This document shows, one piece after another, positions 41,415 to 50,653 of a DNA stretch of 64,000 nt; positions within the stretch are counted from its first letter, which is position 1, and each line of letters opens with the position of its first letter. Under the pieces are notes generated by a model. It worked only from the letters and a program-made list of their open reading frames with translations, had not been told where the DNA came from and searched no databases. The position numbers were made by a program, and so were the translations under genes. Origin of the DNA: Sulfurospirillaceae bacterium (GTDB lineage Bacteria > Campylobacterota > Campylobacteria > Campylobacterales > Sulfurospirillaceae); contig JAWVXD010000003.1 in the NCBI GenBank assembly GCA_033723415.1, positions 256,001-320,000 of the forward strand. The letters are read 5' to 3'.

Positions 41415-42881
41415 ATGGCTAGAGTTCTAATATTAGGTGGAGGAGTATCAGGTCATACTTCAGCCACTTTTTTAAAAAAATGGCTAGGTAAAGATCATGA
41501 GGTAGTTGTAGTTACACCAAATGCAAAATGGAATTGGATTCCATCTAATATTTGGGTTGGTGTCGGAGGAATGAAAAAAGAGGATGTAGTATTTGAACTT
41601 GCTCCTGTGTACTCAAAAATTGGTATTGACTACAGACAGGCAAAAGCTATTTCAATACATCCGGAAGGTTCAAATGAAGAGAAAAAACAATTTGTAACTA
41701 TAGAATATACAGGTCAAGATAAAGTTGGTGAAAGTGAGACTATTACATATGATTATCTTATTAATGCAACTGGTCCAAAATTAAATTTTGCTGCTACAGA
41801 AGGACTTGGTCCGGATGCCGGAAATACGGTTTCTGTTTGTACGGCTGATCATGCAGTTCATGCCAATGATGAGCTAGATGAGCTTATAGCACAGATGAAA
41901 AGTGGTGAACATAAAAATATTTTGATAGGTACAGGACATGGTATGTGTACTTGTCAAGGTGCGGCATTTGAATACACATTTAATGTTGATCACAGATTGA
42001 GAGAAGAAGGCGTGAGAGATAAAGCTACGATAACTTATATATCAAATGAGTATGAGCTAGGTGATTTTGGCGTTGGCGGGATGCATATACGAGTTGGCGG
42101 ATATGTAACCAGCGGAAAAGTTTTTGCTGAATCACTTTATACGGAAAGAGATGTTAAGTGGATCAAAAGAGCACACGTAAAAAAAGTAGAAAAAGATAAA
42201 GTTCATTATGAATTATTAGATGGTTCTATGCATGAAGAAGCGTTTGATTTTTCTATGCTCATTCCTCCTTTTGGTGGAGTTGGCTTAAAAGCTTATGATA
42301 AAAACGGCGAAGACATGACATCAAAAATATTCAATCCCGGTGGATTTATGTTTGTTGATGCAGATTATTCTAAAGGTACAGCTCCATTTGAAGAATGGGA
42401 TGCTGATGATTGGCCTTCTTATTGTCAAAATCAAACATATAAAAATATGTTTGCCGTAGGTATCGCTTTTGCACCACCACACATTATCTCTAAACCTATG
42501 AAAAGTCCAAATGGAACACCGATCAACCCGACACCGCCAAGAACTGGTATGCCAAGTGCGATGATGGGAAAAGCGGTAGCAAAAAGTATTAGAGACATGA
42601 TCGTAGACGGTGCAACTGAACCGACGCATACGGCAAAAATGAGTGAAATGGGTGCAGCTTGTGTTGCAAGTGCAGGTAAAGGTGTATTTAGCGGGTCAGC
42701 TGTTGCAATGACTATGTATCCTGTTATTCCAGATTATAAAAAGTATCCTGATTATGGTAGAGATTTAAATGGAACATTCGGTGAAATAGGGCTGGCAGGG
42801 CACTGGGTAAAACATTTTTTACACTTTGCATTTATATGGAAAGCCAAGTTAAAACCATTTTGGAGAATTATTCCAGAATAG
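41415..42881 (+). CDS. sqr: Sulfide:quinone oxidoreductase family flavoprotein
   Basis: GGGVSG FAD motif, WIPSNIWV, YDYLINATG, SVCT..HA, CTCQGAAFEY, MLIPPF, PRTGMPS, ACVASAG and an amphipathic C-terminus. SQR type not assignable without a tree. Confidence 0.85.
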   Translation: MARVLILGGGVSGHTSATFLKKWLGKDHEVVVVTPNAKWNWIPSNIWVGVGGMKKEDVVFELAPVYSKIGIDYRQAKAISIHPEGSNEEKKQFVTIEYTGQDKVGESETITYDYLINATGPKLNFAATEGLGPDAGNTVSVCTADHAVHANDELDELIAQMKSGEHKNILIGTGHGMCTCQGAAFEYTFNVDHRLREEGVRDKATITYISNEYELGDFGVGGMHIRVGGYVTSGKVFAESLYTERDVKWIKRAHVKKVEKDKVHYELLDGSMHEEAFDFSMLIPPFGGVGLKAYDKNGEDMTSKIFNPGGFMFVDADYSKGTAPFEEWDADDWPSYCQNQTYKNMFAVGIAFAPPHIISKPMKSPNGTPINPTPPRTGMPSAMMGKAVAKSIRDMIVDGATEPTHTAKMSEMGAACVASAGKGVFSGSAVAMTMYPVIPDYKKYPDYGRDLNGTFGEIGLAGHWVKHFLHFAFIWKAKLKPFWRIIPE

Positions 42882-43028
42882 GTCGTTTTAATGAACTAAA
42901 GGTTGTGTAGAGTTTTTTCTTAAAGAGAATGCTCGAACTTTTTAGTTTACTTAGGGCTTTAGTAAGAGGAATTTTAGAAGAATTTATTTCTTCAAAAAAT
43001 AAACAGTTAAATTGAATTAGGAGAACAG

Positions 43029-43178
43029 ATGAAAATAAAACCTTATAGTCAAAATGCTTATACGCCAGTACCGACAGCTTTTACGAAGTTTAGAAGAAAT
43101 TGCGTAATTTGGCAAATTTTCAGATTTATTGTAATCAATATTAAAATGACGGTTTTGATATTAAAATCACATCATTAA
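43029..43178 (+). CDS. 49-aa microprotein downstream of sqr, absent from the ORF track
   Basis: aggaga RBS then ATG. Translation MKIKPYSQNAYTPVPTAFTKFRRNCVIWQIFRFIVINIKMTVLILKSHH*, an amphipathic basic/hydrophobic helix with one Cys. Confidence 0.75.
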   Translation: MKIKPYSQNAYTPVPTAFTKFRRNCVIWQIFRFIVINIKMTVLILKSHH

Positions 43179-43198
43179 ATAAAAATTATAGTAACTTT

Positions 43199-43207
43199 TG
43201 ATATAAT
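43199..43207 (+). promoter_or_regulatory. Extended -10 promoter upstream of the tolC-like gene
   Basis: Perfect TGATATAAT, followed by the inverted repeat ttaggagca/tgctcctaa (43216-43247). Confidence 0.55.
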
Positions 43208-43267
43208 AAAATATATTAGGAGCACTTATTAAAAAGATTGCTCCTAAAAATATTTATGGAGAAAGTT

Positions 43268-44665
43268 ATGAAGATACTGCTTTTTTTTATCTTTACATTC
43301 CTTCCTATTTTTGCACAAGATCAAATATATACTAATCTAAGCTTGGATAAAGCCATAAAGATTGTTAAGAAGGACAATCTAGAGATCGGTATAGCAAAAT
43401 TTGATGAAAGAATCAAAGATTTTGAGCATAAAATTGCTACAGGATACAATTACGGAAAACTGGATTTAATACAGCTTGCGCTGAGATCAAATGATGCGGG
43501 AAATGTTTTTGGATTTAAACTCGCCTCAAGAGAAGCAAGTTTTGCGGATTTTGGTTTCAATGAGTTCATATCTCAGATGGATACAATCACTCCGACTAGT
43601 CCTACTTTTGATGGTGGAAAAGCTATTTTGGCAACACAGCCAAATGATCTAAATTACCCGGCAGCTAGAAATTTCTTTCAAACAAAACTGAAATATGAGC
43701 TACCTATATATACTGGTGGTAAGCTTGAACAGTATGGAAATATCACCAATGCGCTCACAAAATTATCAGGTCTTGATACTGAAAAGATCACTAATGAGAA
43801 GATTTATCAGTTGAAAAAAAGTTATTTTAATATATATCTCTTGGATACCTATATTAGTAATTTAAATATTATAAAATCAAATATGGAACGATTAGAGAAT
43901 ATGGCAAAAAGCATGATAGAAGAAGGATATGCTAAAAAAGTAGATTTACTTGAAGTACAGGCAAAAAAGGCCAATGTGCTAAGAATGTTACATCAAGCAA
44001 AAGCAAACAAGGAATTAGTCTATGAATTTATATCTTTTTTATTAAATGCAGATGTTAAATCTATTACAGGTAGTTATAAAAATATAAGTCCTAGGAATTT
44101 GAGTACTGAAGAGATTTTAAATTCCAATATAGACATACAAAAAGCCAAACTTGGACTAAAGATCACAGATATGAATATTAAGCTGCAAGAATCGGCAAAT
44201 TTGCCACAAATAGGTGCTTTTGCAGAGTATTCCAGTGCAGATAAACAATTTCTAAATAATTTTTCTCAACATGATGCATATACGATAGGAATGCAGTTGA
44301 AATGGAATATTTTCAACGGTGGAGTGGATAAAAATAATATAGAAAAAGCAAGAGTTGAAAACCTCAAAACTAGGACTCAAATAGAGTTGGCTAAACGAGG
44401 GATAATTTTGCAAGTTGCCAAAATAAAAACAGAGATAGAAAATTTTGACTTTTCTATTGATAGTCTCAATAAAGAACTTGAATTATCTCGTACGATTTAT
44501 AAAAATTATCTAGGACGTTATCAGGAAAAACTTGTTTCCATCAATGATGTTATTATAAAACAATCTTTGGAGATAGAAAAAGTGTTAAAGTTAAAAGAGA
44601 CAGAAAATAAAAAAATTGATAAAGTACTTGAATTAGAGAAAATTGCAAACGGAGTAGGAATATGA
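43268..44665 (+). CDS. TolC-family outer membrane efflux protein
   Basis: Signal peptide after a ggag RBS (start moved to 43268); LSLDKAI, PIYTGG, LPQI and WNIFNGG OEP repeats. Confidence 0.9.
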   Translation: MKILLFFIFTFLPIFAQDQIYTNLSLDKAIKIVKKDNLEIGIAKFDERIKDFEHKIATGYNYGKLDLIQLALRSNDAGNVFGFKLASREASFADFGFNEFISQMDTITPTSPTFDGGKAILATQPNDLNYPAARNFFQTKLKYELPIYTGGKLEQYGNITNALTKLSGLDTEKITNEKIYQLKKSYFNIYLLDTYISNLNIIKSNMERLENMAKSMIEEGYAKKVDLLEVQAKKANVLRMLHQAKANKELVYEFISFLLNADVKSITGSYKNISPRNLSTEEILNSNIDIQKAKLGLKITDMNIKLQESANLPQIGAFAEYSSADKQFLNNFSQHDAYTIGMQLKWNIFNGGVDKNNIEKARVENLKTRTQIELAKRGIILQVAKIKTEIENFDFSIDSLNKELELSRTIYKNYLGRYQEKLVSINDVIIKQSLEIEKVLKLKETENKKIDKVLELEKIANGVGI

Positions 44666-45462
44666 GAAAAATTTTTGTATATACGTGGATATTGTTAGTA
44701 TTATCTTCACAAATAATTGCTGCAAGTTTAAGTTTAAGCGGAAGTGTTATTTCTGATAATCAAAAGATGATAACTAGTAGGTATATGGGCTTTGTTACAG
44801 ACGTATTCGTATATGAGGGACAAAAAGTAAAAAAAGGTGATATCTTATATAAGATAGATACAAGAGAGATTGATAGTGCAAAAGCACAGGTTGAACTTGC
44901 TATTTCTCAAGCTCAATTAGCTTCTCAAATGTATGAGAATCAATACGATAATGTAAAATTAAATCTAGCAAGAAACAAAAGACTACTAAAAAAAGATATG
45001 GTTTCGAAGTTTGATGTAGAAAATCTTGAATTGGCAAAAAAGAATCTTGGAGATATGGTAAAGATATCAAAAGAACAAGTCAAGCAAGCACAAGCAAAGT
45101 TACAAGAAGTTCTAAATCAATATAAATATCTACAGATAAAAGCTCCAAATAATGGTGTAGTTATAGCAAAACATATAAAAGTTGGAGAGATGGCGATGCC
45201 TGGAATGCCGGCAATTATCTTATCAGACTTAAGTGACCTGAAAATTTCTACAGAGATTTCAGAAAGTAATTTAAAAGATGTGAAAATAGGAGATAAAGTT
45301 AGTGTTGAAGTTCCATCTGTATCACTTAAAAGTACAGGTATCATCTCTTCTATTATCCCAAGTTCAAATCCTTTGACCCATACATTTAAGCTAAAAATTA
45401 CATTTGATCAAAAAGGAAAAACGATTTTCCCTGGAATGTATGCGGTAATAAATCTCAAATAG
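44662..45462 (+). CDS. RND efflux periplasmic adaptor (membrane fusion protein)
   Basis: V.EGQKVKKGD.L..ID, coiled hairpin, IKAPNNGVV and FPGMYA motifs. Confidence 0.92.
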   Translation: MRKIFVYTWILLVLSSQIIAASLSLSGSVISDNQKMITSRYMGFVTDVFVYEGQKVKKGDILYKIDTREIDSAKAQVELAISQAQLASQMYENQYDNVKLNLARNKRLLKKDMVSKFDVENLELAKKNLGDMVKISKEQVKQAQAKLQEVLNQYKYLQIKAPNNGVVIAKHIKVGEMAMPGMPAIILSDLSDLKISTEISESNLKDVKIGDKVSVEVPSVSLKSTGIISSIIPSSNPLTHTFKLKITFDQKGKTIFPGMYAVINLK

Positions 45463-45470
45463 GTATAAAA

Positions 45471-47108
45471 ATGGAAAACAATAACTATAAAGTGACTGAT
45501 ATAGCAGGAAGGCTTGCCAAAGCGTTCTTGCACAATCCTTTGACTCCTTTATTGGGAGTTTTTTTACTTCTTGTCGGATATTTGGCTTTGCAGATCACTC
45601 CACGAGAAGAAGATCCACAGATTGAGATCAGCGGTGGTGCCGTGATGGTTGCACTTCCTGGTGCAACTCCAAAGCAGATTGACAATATCATAGTAAAACC
45701 TCTAGAGAGAAAGATCAAAGAGATTAAAGGCGTTGAATACATTTACGGAATATCTGCTCCAAATGTAGGTATAGTAAACGTTGTATATTACATAGGTGAA
45801 AATAGAGAATCATCAAATCTAAAATTGTATGACAAAGTTATGCAAAATATGGATAAGCTGCCAAAAGATACTATGCAACCAATAGTCAAACCATTTGATA
45901 TAGATATAGATATCCCTATCGTATCTGTCGCTTTTTATCCAAAAGACGGTTCAAAGATCAGTAAAGTTGAATTATATAAAAAAGTAAAATATATACAAAA
46001 TAAATTAAATGCTATAGAAAATGTTGCAAAAACAACTCTCATAGGTGAAAAGAAACAGCAATTTAATGTACAGGTAGATTTAAATAAATTATCCGGATAC
46101 CATCTCTCTATGGGACAGATTGTCCAAGCATTGAAGTCTTTGGCAGTAAATGTCCCAGACGTAAAAGATCGGACAAAAGACGGGAAATTGGCTATATTTG
46201 GCGTAAAAAATGCGATAGAGAGTATAAAAGATGTGCAAAATCTTATAATCGCACAATACATGGGTTCTCCGATATATCTAAAAGATGTAGCCAGTGTAGA
46301 AAATGGATATGATATTCAAAATTTTAAAAGTGCCGAGATACTTTATAGAAAAAATGGAAAATTCTCGAAGAGTAAAAATCAGATTACTCTCACGTTGTCA
46401 AAATTAAAAGGTACTAATGCAGTTGTAATAGCAGATAAGATCACCGAGAAGCTAAAAGAACTAAAAAGTGAGTTGAGCAAAGATGGCATATCCTATACAG
46501 TGACAAGAAATTATGGTGAAAGAGCAAATGAAGCAGTCAACGAACTTGTATTTCATCTTCTTATATCCATAGTGATTATAGCACTTCTCTTAGTCTTTGT
46601 GCTAGGTTGGAAAGAGTCTATCATAGTTACTTTTACTGTTCCTGCAATATTGGCTGTTACTATTTTTGTGGCATTTTTAACGGGACAGACTATTAATAGG
46701 ATTACATTATTTGCATTTTTACTTAGTCTAGGACTTTTGGTAGATGCAGCAATCATAGTTATAGAAAATATACATCGACATTTGCACTCACATGATAGTG
46801 CAGATAAGGATATGGATGAGATACTGGTGGAAGCTACTGATGAAATAGGCGCACCAACAAATGTTGCAACTTTGGCAATCATTTTGACTATGGTACCTAT
46901 GGCATTTGTCGGACAGATGATGGGGCAGTTTATGAAACCTATACCTCAAAATGTTCCGGTCGCACTGTTTTCTTCTTTGGTGATAGCATACATATTTACA
47001 CCATATTTATCCAAGAAGCTCTTAAAAAAGCCAAAACTACATCATCATAAACATCATTTCCAAAAAGATAAGATAGAAGCAGAGGAGACGAATAATGAGA
47101 ATAATTGA
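45471..47108 (+). CDS. RND permease, N-terminal half (TM1, porter domain, TM2-6)
   Basis: REEDPQI, LPGATP, PLER, INRITLFA, LGLLVDAAIIVIENI and GQFMKPIP motifs; His-rich C-terminal tail. Confidence 0.9.
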   Translation: MENNNYKVTDIAGRLAKAFLHNPLTPLLGVFLLLVGYLALQITPREEDPQIEISGGAVMVALPGATPKQIDNIIVKPLERKIKEIKGVEYIYGISAPNVGIVNVVYYIGENRESSNLKLYDKVMQNMDKLPKDTMQPIVKPFDIDIDIPIVSVAFYPKDGSKISKVELYKKVKYIQNKLNAIENVAKTTLIGEKKQQFNVQVDLNKLSGYHLSMGQIVQALKSLAVNVPDVKDRTKDGKLAIFGVKNAIESIKDVQNLIIAQYMGSPIYLKDVASVENGYDIQNFKSAEILYRKNGKFSKSKNQITLTLSKLKGTNAVVIADKITEKLKELKSELSKDGISYTVTRNYGERANEAVNELVFHLLISIVIIALLLVFVLGWKESIIVTFTVPAILAVTIFVAFLTGQTINRITLFAFLLSLGLLVDAAIIVIENIHRHLHSHDSADKDMDEILVEATDEIGAPTNVATLAIILTMVPMAFVGQMMGQFMKPIPQNVPVALFSSLVIAYIFTPYLSKKLLKKPKLHHHKHHFQKDKIEAEETNNENN

Positions 47109-48762
47109 AAAGATAATTTACTCTATATTAAACTCAAAATTTAAGAAATTTTTGGTTTTATTTATTACTCTTTTAGCTTTTGTAGGTTCTATAATGATGT
47201 TCCCGACAAAACTTGTACTAGCAAAAATGCTTCCAGGGAAAAGTGCAAATACTTATTCTATATATATTGATACTCCTGCTGGAAGTTCGATAGATCAAAC
47301 CAAGCAGGTAACTGAATGTATTAACGGCATATTAACAAAAGAGAAGCAGGTTACAGATATTGAGACTTATCTGGGCACAGGTTCTCCTCTTGATTATGCA
47401 GGATTGGTAAAAGGTTCTTCTTTTAAAATGGGAGAAAATGTTGCAGAAATGGTAGTCAATCTAACAAATAAAAAGAAGAGAAAAGAAAAATCCTATATGA
47501 TGGTTCACAGACTAAGGCCGGTTATTCAAAAAAACTGTGAAAATATCATCAAGGGCACGAACATAAAGATGATAGAACAGCCTGCAGGGCCTCCAACACT
47601 CGCATCTATAGTTGTCGAACTTTATGGCAATGATACTCATAAGATGAGAGTTATAGCCTCTCAGGTAGCCGATATTTTAAAACATACAAAGAATTTGGTC
47701 GATGTTGATATTATGCAAGACGCGATTTATAAAAAATATGAATTGAAAGTTGATAAGGAAAAAGTAATTCGCTCAGGATTGACAATAAAACAATTGAATC
47801 AAATCTTATATCTTGCATTTGAAGGTATGCAAATAGCAGTAAAGAACAGTGAACATTCGCCTGAGCAGATCCCATTGTTTGTTGTGCTAAGTAAAAAGAC
47901 AAAAGAACTTAATAATCTGACAAAAGAAGATCTAGAAGCTAAACTTTCGTCATTAAAACTGATGAATAAGCAAGGTATGATGATACCTGTAAATGAACTT
48001 GTTACTCCTGTCGAAGTCAACTCTAATCCTACAATCATGTCAAAAAATTTGAGAAAAATGGTTAATATTACAGCCGAAACAGATTTGGTTTCTCAAGTAT
48101 ATCCATTGCTTGAAGCGAGAAGTAAGATGAAAGAATACTTTAGTAAGAATTATGATGTCACAGACACTCATCTTTTCAATTTGAGATTAAAAGATAAAAA
48201 AACAGGAGAAGTGTTTGATCTAAATTGGGATGGCGAAATGAAAGTGACCATGGATACTTTTAGAGATCTTGGCGGTGCTTTTATAGCAGCATTAATTTTA
48301 ATATTTTTGCTGATGGTCATCTACTACAAAAGCTTTGCATTAAGCGGAATTATTCTATTAGGAAGTTTTTTATCTATTATCGGAGTTATTGTTGGACACT
48401 GGATTATGAATGTTTTTACAACAGATACATTTTTCCTTACAGCGACATCTCTCATTGGCTTTATTGCCCTTATGGGTATAAGCTCTAGAAATTCACTGCT
48501 ACTTATAGATTTTGCTATTGGGCTAGTCGCAAAAGGTGTTCCTAAGAGAAAAGCAATAGCTTCAGCGACAGCAACAAGATCAAAACCGATCTTTTTAACA
48601 GCAGCAGCGATTATTTTGGCTAGTACTTTGTTAGCAAAAGATCCGATATTTGGAGGATTAGGAGTTGCACTGATATTCGGTACTATTGTAGCAGTAATAG
48701 TATCACTTGTGGTAGTTCCTGTACTTATGGATAATACAAAAGCTATAAAAGAAGAAGAGTGA
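47095..48762 (+). CDS. RND permease, C-terminal half (TM7, porter domain, TM8-12)
   Basis: Own RBS gaggag (47082-47087); MLP, P.GSS, PAGPP, W.GE, GISSRNSLLLIDF and RSKPIFLTA motifs. Confidence 0.9.
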   Translation: MRIIEKIIYSILNSKFKKFLVLFITLLAFVGSIMMFPTKLVLAKMLPGKSANTYSIYIDTPAGSSIDQTKQVTECINGILTKEKQVTDIETYLGTGSPLDYAGLVKGSSFKMGENVAEMVVNLTNKKKRKEKSYMMVHRLRPVIQKNCENIIKGTNIKMIEQPAGPPTLASIVVELYGNDTHKMRVIASQVADILKHTKNLVDVDIMQDAIYKKYELKVDKEKVIRSGLTIKQLNQILYLAFEGMQIAVKNSEHSPEQIPLFVVLSKKTKELNNLTKEDLEAKLSSLKLMNKQGMMIPVNELVTPVEVNSNPTIMSKNLRKMVNITAETDLVSQVYPLLEARSKMKEYFSKNYDVTDTHLFNLRLKDKKTGEVFDLNWDGEMKVTMDTFRDLGGAFIAALILIFLLMVIYYKSFALSGIILLGSFLSIIGVIVGHWIMNVFTTDTFFLTATSLIGFIALMGISSRNSLLLIDFAIGLVAKGVPKRKAIASATATRSKPIFLTAAAIILASTLLAKDPIFGGLGVALIFGTIVAVIVSLVVVPVLMDNTKAIKEEE

Positions 48763-48770
48763 TCAATTTA

Positions 48771-48793
48771 AGAGATGGCTTCATGCCATCTCT
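48771..48793. terminator. Bidirectional terminator
   Basis: agagatggc-ttcat-gccatctct between the RND stop and the convergent small ORF stop. Confidence 0.7.
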
Positions 48794-48941
48794 ATCTTCT
48801 TAATGAACTTTTTACTTTTTTTACAAATTTAAAAATACCTTTATAAACATTACACAATACTGCTTCAAGTTGATTTTGCATTAACAAACAATCATAAACT
48901 TCACTCAAATCATTTTTTTCTTTTATTGTTAAATTAATCAT
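48792..48941 (-). CDS. Small hypothetical protein (49 aa), absent from the ORF track
   Basis: ggagg RBS; MINLTIKEKNDLSEVYDCLLMQNQLEAVLCNVYKGIFKFVKKVKSSLRR*; ends at the terminator hairpin. Confidence 0.55.
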   Translation of the reverse strand: MINLTIKEKNDLSEVYDCLLMQNQLEAVLCNVYKGIFKFVKKVKSSLRR

Positions 48942-49059
48942 TAAAACCCTCCTGCTAATTTTATATATTGTACAAAAAATACTATTAAATATATATTAAA
49001 CAGTATATAATATATGAAATAACGTATAAAATATAGTATAAAGTAGTTAAATATATTTT

Positions 49060-49103
49060 TAATATTATAAAATATACGTTTTTACGTATATTTTATAATA
49101 TTA
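49060..49103. repeat. Perfect 20-bp AT-rich inverted repeat
   Basis: taatattataaaatatacgt-tttt-acgtatattttataatatta. Confidence 0.8.
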
Positions 49104-49173
49104 TTACATTATGAATTTATATAGTTTTATATTTAATGGATATAAGATTGTGACAGGAGTATTGGATTGAGAG

Positions 49174-49338
49174 TTATTTTTTTTGCTGATTTTGTATTTT
49201 TTGTCTATATAAGGATGCACTAGTATTGTTTGCTATATCTTTTTGAATAAAATATAATGTAATAACACCGAAAATAACAAATAAGGTCAAGATTCCCGTA
49301 ACTAAATATATATTTAGGTATTCTTTATTTTTAAACAT
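49174..49338 (-). CDS. Small single-TM membrane protein (54 aa), absent from the ORF track
   Basis: aaggag RBS and TATAAT at 49363-49368 (minus strand); MFKNKEYLNIYLVTGILTLFVIFGVITLYFIQKDIANNTSASLYRQKIQNQQKK*. Confidence 0.65.
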   Translation of the reverse strand: MFKNKEYLNIYLVTGILTLFVIFGVITLYFIQKDIANNTSASLYRQKIQNQQKK

Positions 49339-49469
49339 ATTGCTCCTTTCAGTGGTTATGTTATTATATCCTAAAATAAGATATGTTTTATCTTATTTTA
49401 ACATTATAGTTAAAAATTATAATACTACTTTTAATTATTTCTATAGTTTGGATTGTTTCAACATATTTT

Positions 49470-49478
49470 TGATATAAT
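49470..49478 (+). promoter_or_regulatory. Extended -10 promoter of efp
   Basis: Perfect TGATATAAT 26 nt before the ATG, with a gagga RBS. Confidence 0.65.
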
Positions 49479-49504
49479 ATATCCACTAAATTTGAGGAGA
49501 ATTA

Positions 49505-50068
49505 ATGGCAACATATTCGATGGGTGATTTAAAAAAAGGCTTAAAAATAGAACTAAACGGGGTTCCTTACAAGATAACTGAGTATCAACACGTTAAGCCT
49601 GGAAAAGGTGCAGCTTTTGTTAGAGTTAAGATAAAATCTTATGCAAACGGAAAAGTAATTGAAAAGACATTTCATGCGGGTGACAAATGCGAGGCTCCAA
49701 ACTTAGAAGATAAAACTATGCAGTATCTTTATGATGACGGCGAATTTATGCAATTTATGGATAATGTTACATATGAACAAATTGGCTTGACGAGAGATCA
49801 AGTCGGTGATGCTGCAAATTGGATAATTGACGGTATGAATGTGGATATGCTTTTTCACAATAATCAGCCAATAGGCGTAGATGCCCCTGCTGTTGTTGAA
49901 TTAAAGATAGTAGAAACACCACCAAATTTCAAAGGCGACTCACAAGGCGGGAAAAAACCTGCAACTTTAGAAAGCGGTGCTGTTGTTCAGATCCCTTTTC
50001 ATGTGCTAGAGGGTGAGACAATTAAAGTAGATACCGTTAGAGGTGAATATTTGGAGAGAGTTAAATAA
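49505..50068 (+). CDS. efp: Elongation factor P
   Basis: [21 protein letters not shown] and VDT..GEY.ER motifs. Confidence 0.97.
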   Translation: MATYSMGDLKKGLKIELNGVPYKITEYQHVKPGKGAAFVRVKIKSYANGKVIEKTFHAGDKCEAPNLEDKTMQYLYDDGEFMQFMDNVTYEQIGLTRDQVGDAANWIIDGMNVDMLFHNNQPIGVDAPAVVELKIVETPPNFKGDSQGGKKPATLESGAVVQIPFHVLEGETIKVDTVRGEYLERVK

Positions 50069-50110
50069 TTTGAGGGCTCAATAAGATGCCCTTTATAGAA
50101 AGGATGTAAT

Positions 50111-50653
50111 ATGCCCAAAGTTTTATTACCATTAGCAAATGGCTTTGAAGAAATAGAAGCACTTAGTATAGTCGATGTTTTGCGTAGAGCAAATATAGAA
50201 GTTGTAACTGCAGCTATAGATAAGAAGCAAGTGATCGGTGCACATAATATAAGAGTTCAAGCCGACACTCATATACTTGATGTTAAAAGCACAGATTTTG
50301 ATATGATAGTTTTGCCAGGTGGTCTACCGGGAGCGACAAATCTTCAAAAAGATGAAAATGTTAAAAGGCTTTTGCAAGAGTTTAACAATGATAAAAAATA
50401 TATCGGTGCCATATGTGCTGCTCCAATAGCGTTAAAAAGTGCAGGAGTCTTGAAAAGTGCGTATACTTGTTATCCTTCTTTTGAAGATAATATAGGGAAA
50501 GATGGATATATCTCTGATAAAGATGTTGTGAGCGATGAAAATGTTATTACATCAAGAGGTCCTGCAACTGCCATGAAATTTGCTCTTGTAATAGTTGAAA
50601 AACTTTGTGGAGAAAAGCTGGCAAGTGATGTAAAACAGCAACTTCTTTTATGA
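50111..50653 (+). CDS. yajL: DJ-1/YajL/ThiJ family protein
   Basis: GFEEIEA, VLPGG.PGA, AICAAP and TSRGPATA motifs. Confidence 0.9.
   Translation: MPKVLLPLANGFEEIEALSIVDVLRRANIEVVTAAIDKKQVIGAHNIRVQADTHILDVKSTDFDMIVLPGGLPGATNLQKDENVKRLLQEFNNDKKYIGAICAAPIALKSAGVLKSAYTCYPSFEDNIGKDGYISDKDVVSDENVITSRGPATAMKFALVIVEKLCGEKLASDVKQQLLL

Noticed and set aside
42894..42993. Imperfect hairpins between sqr and the microprotein as a distinct ncRNA
   Set aside because: The stems are imperfect and G-U rich and are adequately explained as an mRNA stabiliser or partial terminator; there is no second copy to show covariation.
47040..47110. RND gene as a frameshifted pseudogene
   Set aside because: The break is at the TM6/TM7 boundary, the second half has its own strong RBS, and both halves retain conserved residues.
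48950..49470. AT-rich region as replication origin or dif site
   Set aside because: No dnaA gene or DnaA-box cluster and no recognisable difH-like site; small ORFs and promoters explain much of the region.
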